A stretch of 64,000 nt of DNA from Candidatus Sabulitectum sp. (GTDB taxonomy: Bacteria > Fermentibacterota > Fermentibacteria > Fermentibacterales > JCC-6), in the NCBI GenBank assembly GCA_029938555.1, contig JAOZUR010000004.1, forward strand, positions 4,757-68,756. The letters run 5' to 3'. The position numbers were made by a program, and so were the translations under genes. Below, piece by piece: positions 1 to 9,834 of the stretch. The notes beneath the pieces are model-generated. The model did no database searches. It was not told where the DNA came from and worked only from the letters and a program-made list of their open reading frames with translations. Positions within the stretch are counted from its first letter, which is position 1; every line of letters starts with the position of its first letter.

Positions 1-219
1 TTCAATACATCTTGCGGAATATCAATACTATCTATATTTACAGCTTCAATACGATTTTGCCTAGCTAGATAATCATTCAATTTATCTTCTGAAATCAAAC
101 CCATCTTTACCAGATTATAACCAAGCCTGCCACCTTCTGATTTCTGATGATCAAGGGCACCGGCAAGCTGTTCCTGATCAAGAAGACCTGCTTTCAGCAA
201 CATTTGACCCAGTTTCATT
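1..219 (-). CDS. N-terminal fragment (73 aa, truncated by window edge) of a protein with a GspE/PilB N-terminal (T2SS_E_N-like) domain
   Basis: The reverse complement translates to MKLGQMLLKAGLLDQEQLAGALDHQKSEGGRLGYNLVKMGLISEDKLNDYLARQ..., which is the typical GspE_N fold signature. The ATG is at 219..217 and is preceded by a purine-rich RBS (agggaagagg). Confidence 0.5.
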
Positions 220-421
220 AAAACCTCTTCCCTAAAGACAACTGCAAAATTCCATATTTATTGTAATCGCCCCTTGGCGAATCTCCATCTGTGCGTGAAT
301 TCACAATATAGCTCAAATATCGTCTCCATAATTTTACGAGTAAAACCTCAAAAATAAACCTCAAAAACAAACCCACGAATACATATCTTTTAATGATAAT
401 GCTCTAATGTCAATAGCGCGA

Positions 422-3400
422 TTAAAAGTGAATAGTAACAGAAAGATTCAATCCAACATCCTTCTGGTCATACTGATCGTTAACCTGGTCTTTTTTCCAA
501 CCATAAATTGCCGTCATTGACGCTGTTACAGTTCCAAAATCGTATGAAGCTGATGGCTCAATGCGCCATTCAGTTTTATGGGATTGAACCAAAGTCTCTC
601 CTGTCTGGCCACCTGTTACTTCACTCTTTGTTGTTGATCGGGTAATTGATAAAGAAGTTGTCAGGTCACTTCGGAATGATAACCGTAACTGATCCAATAG
701 CGGAATTGGTATAGATAACCCGCCAGGTGCACTAAAACTGTAAGTGAGTTTAAATTGAGCTGAATTATTCCCAGAACGAACCAGTGCAGAGGTGCCGGTA
801 AAATTTGTAGTTTCAGTTATTGAAGCGTTATCTGATAAAGTTATCTGAACTTTATTATCAAATGATCCGGTAAAGCTCAATAATGGACTCCATCTTGAAG
901 TTCTAGTTTCACTTACTGGAGTTAAACTATCACTCTCTATTCTAGAAGAAGTAGTTGTTTCTACCCTGTAACCGCTACTCACAGAACCATTCTGAAGAAA
1001 AGAAAGTGGCTGATACCTTTCAAGACCACTCCATGAAACCGTAACTGCAGGCCAAGTGGTTTTGTCAGTACGATTCCAGAAACCTGAGTAAAAACTACTG
1101 TTTTCTGAATCATTATACTCTAGTCTTACTGACATAGTATTTGTTGGTCTATAACCTCCTGAAATCTGCATTGAGTTCGCAGTGGTTTTGTTGTAGGGAT
1201 TAAGCCCTGCTATATCTGGTTCCAGACCAAATTGATAAGCAGTAGATGGCATAAAGGGGACCCCTTTATAATCACTACCTCGGGATCGACTGAAAACAAC
1301 ATTAGGATCTGTAATTCTATCAGCCCATCTTTCCATTTTGGTTAACAACCATCTTGGGCTGCCTGGAACAGCATCTTCATCCAATCGTTCATCTCTTAAC
1401 CTAGCAAGTGACCTGATAGTATGGGCTAAGCCAAATCTAAGATTTAATCTAGCTGTAACATCACTTCCCACATCAGGACTACCAAGAGTATCAGCACCGG
1501 TTGCCGTGTGGGGGCTAAGTCTAGACATGCCATACCTGGCATCCCAGCTCACTCTGGGTTTCAAGTAATTCCATAAATTTATCTCTTGGCTAACTGCAGC
1601 ACTTTGATTACGGGAAACCTCTCGACCTATATTAACACCAGAATAAGGCTCATCCCAAGGGTAATACATATCTCGGCCAACAGACAAATTATAACTTGTC
1701 ACCAGACCTTTCCATGGATTAAAAGCAATATTACCATCAGTAAGAAGAACTCTCTCTGTATCATCACGGGTAAGAATTGTATCAGAATTAGCTATATCGT
1801 ACATTACACTATTACCACGCCTCCACCCTACACCAAATCCGAACCTGGTGGGCCGAAGTCTTATGTCTTCAAGAATCGGTATTCTGCCAAGACTCATCCT
1901 GCCTAGACTCAAGTCATAACTGAATGTAACACTTTCATTTGAAATTGAATCACGAGTTGTAGGAGTTCGCCCCCAACCGTTGCCCAGTGCATGTCTGATA
2001 TGAATTGGATCAAGGAAATATCTGCCAATAAAATCATCTGATCTACCATTTCTTCTCCATTGAATTGATGTATCCCACTTATTTGATTCTGTGCGATAAT
2101 CCCAAGTTTCATCACCTTCCAACCGTATATCACTGTTTGTGGCATACCTTGGTTTAGAAAAACTTCGGTTCCATGCAAAAGTTGCTGGCAGAGACCAGTT
2201 CCACACTGGAGGGGTAAAACGATCAAGATTAAGAGTAGAAGAGGTATTATATCTGGTGACTGTAGTTCCAGTTCCACTAGTTTTACCCAAACCGTGAAAA
2301 TCATCATCAATCATTCTGTAATCACCGGAAATTGATAAAAAATCAGCAAAATCTATATCACCGGAAATTCTATGAGCACTTCCTGGCTCAAGATAATGAC
2401 CTTTTACCGTAATATCATCCACCCAAACCTGTGATGTAAGTGGTCCTTGCCCTAAGTTTCGTACACCTAAACCAAGCATCATTACTTCAGAAAGAGATGG
2501 ATTACCTATGACTGCAAGATTTCCAGATCGTAACTCATTTTCTTCAGTAAGATCTTTTAATGCCTTCAAGTCAACCAGATCCTGGAGTTCTATATCAACT
2601 ATCTGCCAGCCGTATTCAATATCAGCAGTAACTTCATAATAATTCAAACTGTCTCGACCCATTTGAAAAAACAGTTGCCCTGCTGCTGACGAACCACGGA
2701 AAGGAAAACTAAGTGTTCGATACTGAGTATAACTCTCGATTGAATAAAAAGTCTGTCTGGCAACACCTTGATGACCTTGAATAATATCTGTACAATCAAG
2801 ACTAACCGATTGCTCAAGTTTTAATTCACCATTCTGATCATCACCATAATCAATATCAGGAGGAGGGTTGTTTATATAATCCTGATTTTGTCTGTTGTTC
2901 ACCACAGAAACTGTGAAATTTTCTTCAGGTTGAACCGGAATACTGATTTGTTCAAAAGCAGTAACACTATTTGGCCTCCATCGATTACCCACAAGACCAA
3001 CATCGTAAAACTCAAGAGTATCCTGTTCTGTAAACCCGTCAACCCAGAGTCTTGTGTAAGTAATTTTTTCCCATGTGGGTTCACCTTCTGATATTAATGG
3101 AATATTTACCAAGAGTGAGTCATCAAGGGGAATCTGAATCTGCATCCATCCTGTTGAACTGGTAGAAATTATATAATCGGGATCATTTAAAGGTATTCGT
3201 ATTCTGAAGAAAGTGTTCGATCTATCTAGAACTCCATTTCTATTAAGATCTTCAGTATCTAGTCTACCATTGTTTTCACAATTGTTAATTGCATTAAATC
3301 TTGTACTTAAAGGATCATTGCCATTATATCTGTAATTATCTTGGTTGGGATCAAGATTATTAGAACTATATCCAGGTTCATCCAATGAAGGTATTGTATC

Positions 3401-6043
3401 AAGCCCTGTATCTTCAGAACTTGATCTTATACCATCAGAATTCACATCCTCGGTATCAAGCACACCATTAGCCTGTCTGATAAGGTCATCACCAACCCTT
3501 TCGAGCCAATATGTATCTTCGTCGATTCTTTCTCCAAAATCAATGTAAAGATTTGCATTCAAAGCACAACCGGTGGCTCTTACATACAAAGATAGATGGG
3601 TTTTTCTGGAAAAATCTGTTCCGTAACGCTCAATACATCTCTGAATTCCCCCCCAAGAGTTAGTTGGGTTACCTTGATCAGGAGTAAAGACAAATTGTAA
3701 TACTCCACTGATTTTTTTCATGGCATCATTGCTTGTTTCCCCTGGAATAATGTCATTTAGAGACCATCGATTGGTTGCATTGTACCATCTGGATTCTCCA
3801 ACTGGAAACAGCAAAACAGAACCCCAGCGGGGCATGGAAGAATAAAACCATGCAGCTCGGGATTGTCCTAATGGAAATGTAGATTCAGAGCCTTCCATGT
3901 CATCCAGCCAAGCTTTGCTTTCACCGGTGGGCAGGCTAAGCGCAATCTCCCCAGATAATACCAAACGACTCTCGGCTTCTGTATTAACCAATGGAATCAT
4001 ATTAACAGCATCTGTCAAAAATTCAGGTCTGGATTCAAGATGAAAATCAGCATCAAACACCGTGGTACCGAAGGCTCCCTCACCAATCCTGGGTCGGGTC
4101 TCTGGTGAATTTGCACTCTCATACATCATGGTTCCGCCAAGCCATGAATGAGAACCCATGTTGTACACAATTCTGGTTCCCAACAAGGTTTTTGACACAG
4201 AACTAAAAAATGGTATGTATTCAAAAGTCACCCGAAGGGTATTAGCTGGATCTTGAGCTAGATCTGCCGCTTCACCCATAAGAGTAAGCAGTCCAACCTC
4301 ATAAATAATTGAATAGTCTGTATTTCTAACTAGAGTTCTGGCCTGACCTGCAACTGTTAAAGTAACCCTTTCGCTGCCATCTACAATTCCCATATGCCCC
4401 AAAGAATAAGTTGTAGAAGCGGCACGATAACTAACACGCATGTAATAAAGAGATTTGTTCATTGCAGGATTTTTTTCGTTATACACAACATAGTTAGGGT
4501 ACTCCAGATCAGTACTGGCGAATGGTCTACTTTCAGGAAAAATGATAAAGCCATTTTCCCAATCCATCGTAAGGTCTTCATCGTACATAAGACCATCACC
4601 GTTTGTATCAAGACCTAAAATCTGGGTGAATGGAACACCATCCTGTATTGATACTGGATCCTCGCCGGATCGTTGCAGGAAAATATCACAGTTAAAACTT
4701 TCCCTGACAATATTGTTTGCTCCTAAGAAATAATAGTTCCGCATTTCGTAAGCCCATGTAGGATAGTTTTCCGGTGATTCTGGAAGCGGATTAGACTGTT
4801 TTATCATTTTTAAATTAAATGTTCCATTTTCCGGTGCGGTTCCCACAGTATCACCAGCCATGGTAATCATCGCAATTGCAATGGAATAATTATCGTTAAC
4901 AGGTCTAAGAAATCTGATTGTTTTACCAGAATCAACCAAAACAAAGTCACCTTCTATTCCTGGCGTCAGCTCATCCCACCAACCAGAACCTGCAAGTTCA
5001 CCACCAGACCCCTGAGGTACAAACCAGTCACCCTGAACAGCACCTGTTTCAACATTGTTTGTTGCATCACCATCATCAATAAAAATCCTGAGAAAATCGG
5101 GATTCATATATGGTGCAGAAACAGTATCTGGAAACGCACGAAAGAAGTAATTATTTGCAGGACGAATATCAAGAATTGAATCATTAACCAAAGACGCCTG
5201 ACCTACAAAATCAGAACTTTCCGTAGAACTGCCCTCTTTACTGGCAATAGCTGTAATATCAAATGGCCCTGCCTGAGCTAAAAGTTTAGCTCCAAACAAA
5301 CCCTGATGAGGAATAGAGTAACTTATAAATTCCGGGCCTGTTATTGATAAGTTTACATCACCCAACTCTATTGACTGAATAATTTCGTCATCATCACCAT
5401 CGTAACTAAGACTTACACTGTAATCCGATCCGATCTGCCTGTCACTATCATGATCCACTGCAACATGTATTTTTTCACCAATTGTACCATCAAGACGAAT
5501 ACGAAGATCTTGTTCCATTTTCAAATCAGGAAAAAGGGAAGCACTAGATCCTTCAACATCAACACGGTTAGGATAGATATGGCTGACTCCAGAAATAGAA
5601 ATAGTCTGATGACCGGAAATATCAAGTTGTCCACCGGTACCAATTGCATCGCCAATAAGACCAGGCATATTCAGCGGAAGATAAATTGTAGGAACCAAAC
5701 TGCCCCTTGTACCACTATTACGAATACCATCTCTAGCGTTTGCCTCAGTCCATTCTTTCCATGTACTCCAGCCGATAAGACGAGAACGAACACCGGAAAG
5801 TGACCATGTTCTGGAAGAAGCTAATGGATACCCACGGTATAAAAGCCTATAACTAATACCATCACCCATAAGACTTGACCATACCTCTACCTGAGTGGAT
5901 GGAAGGCTTACAAGCCAAGGTAGAGAATCCTGATACCAATAACCTGGATTCTCATCAATCAATGTAAAATCGCGCACTCCCCCCACAGCACCAGAATTTG
6001 GTACGAACAAAAGAGCCAGCGCTAAAAATAAAATTCTTTTCAT
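422..6043 (-). CDS. giant (1873 aa) secreted outer-membrane protein; candidate SprA-like T9SS translocon or other large beta-barrel
   Basis: Uninterrupted 5.6-kb ORF with an N-terminal signal peptide (MKRILFLALALLFVPNSGA) and a C-terminus ending in an aromatic residue (...LSVTIHF). Composition is rich in S/T/G/D/N/Y/W, as in beta-barrels. The same window carries a T9SS cargo C-terminal domain. The SprA identity is inference only. Confidence 0.6.
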   Translation of the reverse strand: MKRILFLALALLFVPNSGAVGGVRDFTLIDENPGYWYQDSLPWLVSLPSTQVEVWSSLMGDGISYRLLYRGYPLASSRTWSLSGVRSRLIGWSTWKEWTEANARDGIRNSGTRGSLVPTIYLPLNMPGLIGDAIGTGGQLDISGHQTISISGVSHIYPNRVDVEGSSASLFPDLKMEQDLRIRLDGTIGEKIHVAVDHDSDRQIGSDYSVSLSYDGDDDEIIQSIELGDVNLSITGPEFISYSIPHQGLFGAKLLAQAGPFDITAIASKEGSSTESSDFVGQASLVNDSILDIRPANNYFFRAFPDTVSAPYMNPDFLRIFIDDGDATNNVETGAVQGDWFVPQGSGGELAGSGWWDELTPGIEGDFVLVDSGKTIRFLRPVNDNYSIAIAMITMAGDTVGTAPENGTFNLKMIKQSNPLPESPENYPTWAYEMRNYYFLGANNIVRESFNCDIFLQRSGEDPVSIQDGVPFTQILGLDTNGDGLMYDEDLTMDWENGFIIFPESRPFASTDLEYPNYVVYNEKNPAMNKSLYYMRVSYRAASTTYSLGHMGIVDGSERVTLTVAGQARTLVRNTDYSIIYEVGLLTLMGEAADLAQDPANTLRVTFEYIPFFSSVSKTLLGTRIVYNMGSHSWLGGTMMYESANSPETRPRIGEGAFGTTVFDADFHLESRPEFLTDAVNMIPLVNTEAESRLVLSGEIALSLPTGESKAWLDDMEGSESTFPLGQSRAAWFYSSMPRWGSVLLFPVGESRWYNATNRWSLNDIIPGETSNDAMKKISGVLQFVFTPDQGNPTNSWGGIQRCIERYGTDFSRKTHLSLYVRATGCALNANLYIDFGERIDEDTYWLERVGDDLIRQANGVLDTEDVNSDGIRSSSEDTGLDTIPSLDEPGYSSNNLDPNQDNYRYNGNDPLSTRFNAINNCENNGRLDTEDLNRNGVLDRSNTFFRIRIPLNDPDYIISTSSTGWMQIQIPLDDSLLVNIPLISEGEPTWEKITYTRLWVDGFTEQDTLEFYDVGLVGNRWRPNSVTAFEQISIPVQPEENFTVSVVNNRQNQDYINNPPPDIDYGDDQNGELKLEQSVSLDCTDIIQGHQGVARQTFYSIESYTQYRTLSFPFRGSSAAGQLFFQMGRDSLNYYEVTADIEYGWQIVDIELQDLVDLKALKDLTEENELRSGNLAVIGNPSLSEVMMLGLGVRNLGQGPLTSQVWVDDITVKGHYLEPGSAHRISGDIDFADFLSISGDYRMIDDDFHGLGKTSGTGTTVTRYNTSSTLNLDRFTPPVWNWSLPATFAWNRSFSKPRYATNSDIRLEGDETWDYRTESNKWDTSIQWRRNGRSDDFIGRYFLDPIHIRHALGNGWGRTPTTRDSISNESVTFSYDLSLGRMSLGRIPILEDIRLRPTRFGFGVGWRRGNSVMYDIANSDTILTRDDTERVLLTDGNIAFNPWKGLVTSYNLSVGRDMYYPWDEPYSGVNIGREVSRNQSAAVSQEINLWNYLKPRVSWDARYGMSRLSPHTATGADTLGSPDVGSDVTARLNLRFGLAHTIRSLARLRDERLDEDAVPGSPRWLLTKMERWADRITDPNVVFSRSRGSDYKGVPFMPSTAYQFGLEPDIAGLNPYNKTTANSMQISGGYRPTNTMSVRLEYNDSENSSFYSGFWNRTDKTTWPAVTVSWSGLERYQPLSFLQNGSVSSGYRVETTTSSRIESDSLTPVSETRTSRWSPLLSFTGSFDNKVQITLSDNASITETTNFTGTSALVRSGNNSAQFKLTYSFSAPGGLSIPIPLLDQLRLSFRSDLTTSLSITRSTTKSEVTGGQTGETLVQSHKTEWRIEPSASYDFGTVTASMTAIYGWKKDQVNDQYDQKDVGLNLSVTIHF

Positions 6044-6164
6044 TTCACCTCGGTATGTATATCCTTAAAACGCCTTCATGTTCCCGAAACATGACAGACA
6101 TGACCAGCCTTGCTATAATTCATCGTTCGCCACAAGTAAAGCAAGCATCTATCATGGGAATTCA

Positions 6165-7505
6165 ATGAAAAAGTTGCAAGTATATGTTTTAAAGGAATTT
6201 TTTCCACCATTTTTGCTCTCCCTAGGGTTATTTACATTTATAATGCTTCTTGACAAACTGCTAGATCTACTGGATCTTATTGTGAGCAAAGGCGTTCCTA
6301 TGCGCATAGTTCTAGAGATTTTCCTTCTACTTCTTCCATCAATGATTGCAGTAGTTATTCCAATGGCAGTTCTTGCTGGTATTCTTATTGCAGTGGGTCG
6401 ATTAAGCGGTGACCTGGAAATTACTGCAATGAAAGCCAGCGGCGCAAGCATCTATAACATAATATTTCCATTAGGAATTATGTCTCTGCTTATTGCCGGT
6501 ACCCTTGTTGTGTTTAATAATAATGTTCTTCCTGAAGCCAATCATACTGCACGAAACCTTCTCATGGACATTGGAACAATGCGACCAACAGCAAGAATTG
6601 AACCGGGAATGTTTGTGGAAGATATTGAAAATTACAGAATTTTTGTACAGGAAAAAAATGATATCACAGGCAAACTCATAGGAGTTATTATTCACACCAA
6701 TACCCCTGGAGCCCCTGCCCGCACAATTACAGCAATGCAGGGAACCATGGAGCCTGTTGGGGCAAACCATTTAAGACTAACTCTGGAAGATGGGCAGATG
6801 CATGAAAAAGACAGAGTTAACGGTTACAGATATGCCTCTTTCGTTACTTACGTTATAGACATCGCACGCTCAGAGGAACTGGTAAGACATGACAGAAACA
6901 GCAGAGGTGACCGAGAAATGTCTACGACACAGATGAGGTCTTATGTTGACAGTATTACAGTTCGCAAAAGTTTTCTTACAGACAGCTTATCAGCAATAAC
7001 AGAATCTTTCATGGTTGCAATAAATTCAGAAGACAATCCTGTAGCTGCCGGTGACAGTACAAGAAGACTCAGAAATTCAATAACATGGCTCACATCAACC
7101 TCTACCGATTTAACTTTGCTCAATGAGCAAATAAATAATCTTCAAAAAAACATTGGAAAATACAATGTTGAAATCCATAAAAAGTATTCTATTCCTTTTG
7201 CATGCCTGGTTTTCGTTTTTCTTGGAGTTCCACTTGGGTTATCATCAAAAAATTCCAATACAGGGCTGGCAGTTACGTTAAGTCTTGTGTTCATCCTTGT
7301 ATACTATTTCTTCTTGATTGCAGGAGAACAACTGGCAGACAGAGGTCGAATTGATGCATGGGTTGCAATGTGGTCTCCGAATATTCTTCTCGGTGTGCTT
7401 GGAATTTACCTCACATACAGAAGCATGCGTGAAGGTCACCCTGTTCCATTGCCAGATTTCAAAGAGCTTCTTACAAAATTCAAAAGAAGGAAATCAGGGA
7501 AATGA
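6165..7505 (+). CDS. lptF: LPS export ABC permease, LptF/LptG (YjgP/YjgQ) family
   Basis: MKKLQVYVLKEFFPPFLLSLGLF... is the family N-terminus, with six predicted TM segments and a large periplasmic loop. The ORF track's 6078 start adds an implausible 29-aa leader. The stop overlaps the next gene's start (ATGA). Confidence 0.8.
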   Translation: MKKLQVYVLKEFFPPFLLSLGLFTFIMLLDKLLDLLDLIVSKGVPMRIVLEIFLLLLPSMIAVVIPMAVLAGILIAVGRLSGDLEITAMKASGASIYNIIFPLGIMSLLIAGTLVVFNNNVLPEANHTARNLLMDIGTMRPTARIEPGMFVEDIENYRIFVQEKNDITGKLIGVIIHTNTPGAPARTITAMQGTMEPVGANHLRLTLEDGQMHEKDRVNGYRYASFVTYVIDIARSEELVRHDRNSRGDREMSTTQMRSYVDSITVRKSFLTDSLSAITESFMVAINSEDNPVAAGDSTRRLRNSITWLTSTSTDLTLLNEQINNLQKNIGKYNVEIHKKYSIPFACLVFVFLGVPLGLSSKNSNTGLAVTLSLVFILVYYFFLIAGEQLADRGRIDAWVAMWSPNILLGVLGIYLTYRSMREGHPVPLPDFKELLTKFKRRKSGK

Positions 7506-8587
7506 AACTACTGGATAGATACCTTGCAGGTCGCTTCATCAAAATGATTTTTATGACAATTCTTTCTTTCACAGTAATCTTTGTCACAGTTAATGCCTTC
7601 GACCACTTCAGCAGATGGGTTGACAAAGAAGTGACTGTATTAACATTCCTACGATACTATTATTACGGACTTCCCTACATCATCATTCTTGTTACCCCCA
7701 TTGCTGTTCTTATCTGCTCACTTCTTCTTGTGGCTGGAATGGCAAAAAACAATGAACTTACAGCAATGCGTGCTTCAGGTGTTTCCATTCCACGGGTATT
7801 CCGTCCTCTTATTATTGTGGGATTTTTCATAAGTCTATTCATTCTGGTTGTAGGTGATTTAATTGTAGCAGATGCTAATTATTTACAAACCCAAGTTAAA
7901 AGAGTTGAAATAGATGGAAGAGATCCCATAAATTATTTAATGCGCAACGATTTTGCCCACAGAACTCTAGACGGAGCCATAGTAGAGATCGGGTTGTTTG
8001 ATGGTCAGCACGCTACAGTTTCAAGAGGTGTTATTGAATGGTTTGATGAAAACCTTAGAGTAACCAGAAGAATTGATGTTAGGCGATTATCTTACATAGA
8101 TTCTGTGTGGACTGGGTTATCTGCTGAAGAACGAAGATTTTCCCCTTCAGGAGAAATGTCATTCACCCTTCATGATACCCTGTTAATACCTGAAATAACA
8201 GATACTCCTGAGGATTTCGGAAGCAGAAGGAAAAGTGCTGCAGAAATGAATGTCTTCCAATTATGGGATCACATAGACAGAGTCAGAACTGCCGGAGGAA
8301 ATCCCACAGGTGATCTTGTGGAATTCTGGCTTACAATCTTTTTTCCTTTTTCTGCACTGATAATGGTTCTAGTAGGTGCACCGCTTGCCACAAGCAATCC
8401 CAGAAGTGGGAAATCAACTAGCATTGGTCTTGCGGTACTGCTGGGATTTATCTTTTTTTCTCTTGCAAGATTCGGTCAAACACTGGGCCATAAAGGCGCG
8501 TTAGAACCCATAGTGGCAGCAGCTCTTCCCGAAGTAATTTTTATTATTCTTGGTATATGGCTTTTTAAAAGAGCTGGCCAGCAATAG
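7502..8587 (+). CDS. lptG: LPS export ABC permease, LptF/LptG family (second paralogue)
   Basis: MKLLDRYLAGRFIKMIFMTILSF... matches the YjgP/YjgQ family. It is translationally coupled to the upstream paralogue. Confidence 0.8.
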   Translation: MKLLDRYLAGRFIKMIFMTILSFTVIFVTVNAFDHFSRWVDKEVTVLTFLRYYYYGLPYIIILVTPIAVLICSLLLVAGMAKNNELTAMRASGVSIPRVFRPLIIVGFFISLFILVVGDLIVADANYLQTQVKRVEIDGRDPINYLMRNDFAHRTLDGAIVEIGLFDGQHATVSRGVIEWFDENLRVTRRIDVRRLSYIDSVWTGLSAEERRFSPSGEMSFTLHDTLLIPEITDTPEDFGSRRKSAAEMNVFQLWDHIDRVRTAGGNPTGDLVEFWLTIFFPFSALIMVLVGAPLATSNPRSGKSTSIGLAVLLGFIFFSLARFGQTLGHKGALEPIVAAALPEVIFIILGIWLFKRAGQQ

Positions 8588-8699
8588 CACAAAATCGGGC
8601 TATTGCACAACCAGTGTTATTTTATGTATGGTTCCCCTGTTCCACTGCCAGTTAGGCAGATTCTCTAATTAACAATCTTTAATTCAAATGGAGGCAGTA

Positions 8700-9788
8700 A
8701 TGGCTCGCAGAGTGCACAACTTCTTTGCAGGACCCGCAGCACTTCCTTACGAAGTGGTAAAAAAAGCAGCTGAAATGGGAGTTCTGGAGTTTGACGGACA
8801 GGGAATGTCTGTGATGGAGATTTCACACCGTTCAAAACCTTTTGACAAAATGTTCAAAGGTGCTCAAAACAATATGCTGAAAATCATGGGGCTTGATCCA
8901 GAAGATTATGCAGTGCTTTTTGTTGGTGGCGGTGCAAGTACTCAATTTTTCCATATTCCTTTCAACTTTCTTAAAGAAGGAAAAACTGCTGATTACGTAA
9001 ACACCGGTGTGTGGTCAAAAAAAGCTATCAAGGAAGCAAAATATTTCGGAAAAGTTAACGTTGCAGCGTCAAGCGAAGACAAACTCTTTTCTTATATCCC
9101 AAAAGAATTCAATCTTACACCAGATGCTGCTTATGTTCATACCACAAGCAACAACACAATCTACGGTACAGAAATGTGGAGTTTCCCTGAAACAGGTAAT
9201 GTTCCTCATATCTGTGACATGTCCAGTGATTTCCTTTCACACCCAATGGATTTCAGTAAATTCAGCATGATCTATGCAGGTGCTCAGAAAAACATCGGAC
9301 CATCTGGAACTGTTGCTATCATCATAAAGAAAAGCTTTGCTGATACTGCAAGAGAAGACATTCCAAGCATGGTTAACTACAGAACTCACATAGCCAAAGA
9401 CAGTCTTTTCAACACACCTCCAAGCCTTCCTGTTTTCATTGTAGGCCTCGTAATGGAGTGGATACTTGAGAATGGCGGCCTTCAGGGTATCGCTGCTATA
9501 AACAAGAAAAAAGCAGATCTTCTTTATGGTACCATGGATAACAGTGACGGTTACTTTGTTCCACACGTATCAGATGTATCCAGCCGAAGTTTCATGAATG
9601 TTACTTTCAGACTTCCATCAGAAGAGCTTGAGAAAAAATTCATCGCAGAAGGCGCTGAGAACGATCTTCTCGGTCTTAAAGGTCATCGTTCAGTTGGTGG
9701 CTGCCGTGCCTCCACATACAATGCAGTTTCCTACGAATCTGTTTCAGTTCTTGTTGATTTCATGAACAAGTTCAAGGCTAACAACTAA
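8700..9788 (+). CDS. serC: 3-phosphoserine/phosphohydroxythreonine aminotransferase
   Basis: MARRVHNFFAGPAALPYEVV... is the characteristic SerC N-terminus, in a class-V aminotransferase fold. GGAGG sits 6 nt upstream of the ATG at 8700. The ORF-track start at 8688 is a 4-aa extension. Confidence 0.9.
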   Translation: MARRVHNFFAGPAALPYEVVKKAAEMGVLEFDGQGMSVMEISHRSKPFDKMFKGAQNNMLKIMGLDPEDYAVLFVGGGASTQFFHIPFNFLKEGKTADYVNTGVWSKKAIKEAKYFGKVNVAASSEDKLFSYIPKEFNLTPDAAYVHTTSNNTIYGTEMWSFPETGNVPHICDMSSDFLSHPMDFSKFSMIYAGAQKNIGPSGTVAIIIKKSFADTAREDIPSMVNYRTHIAKDSLFNTPPSLPVFIVGLVMEWILENGGLQGIAAINKKKADLLYGTMDNSDGYFVPHVSDVSSRSFMNVTFRLPSEELEKKFIAEGAENDLLGLKGHRSVGGCRASTYNAVSYESVSVLVDFMNKFKANN

Positions 9789-9798
9789 ATTTTCTGTT

Positions 9799-9834
9799 CA
9801 GCGTCGTATCACTTGATACGGCGCTGTTCTTTTG
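9799..9834 (+). terminator. rho-independent terminator of serC, overlapping the 3' end of the convergent ligA
   Basis: Stem cagcgtcgtat / atacggcgctg (one G-U pair) with loop cacttg, followed by ttcttttg. Confidence 0.6.

Noticed and set aside
340-370. Direct repeat aacctcaaaaa(t/c)aaacc
   Set aside because: Two copies of an A-rich 11-mer in an AT-rich leader. Likely low complexity rather than a functional repeat.
1338-5803. Multiple 60-130-aa ORFs in the track (for example 1338-1568, 1586-1906, 1909-2310, 4394-4733, 5450-5803) inside or antisense to the giant gene
   Set aside because: They are fully nested in a 5.6-kb uninterrupted ORF. They lack RBSs and have low-complexity translations. 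They are typical antisense and shadow ORFs.
6078-6164. 29-codon N-terminal extension of lptF
   Set aside because: It gives a non-family-like leader. The family N-terminus MKKLQVYVLKEF begins at 6165.
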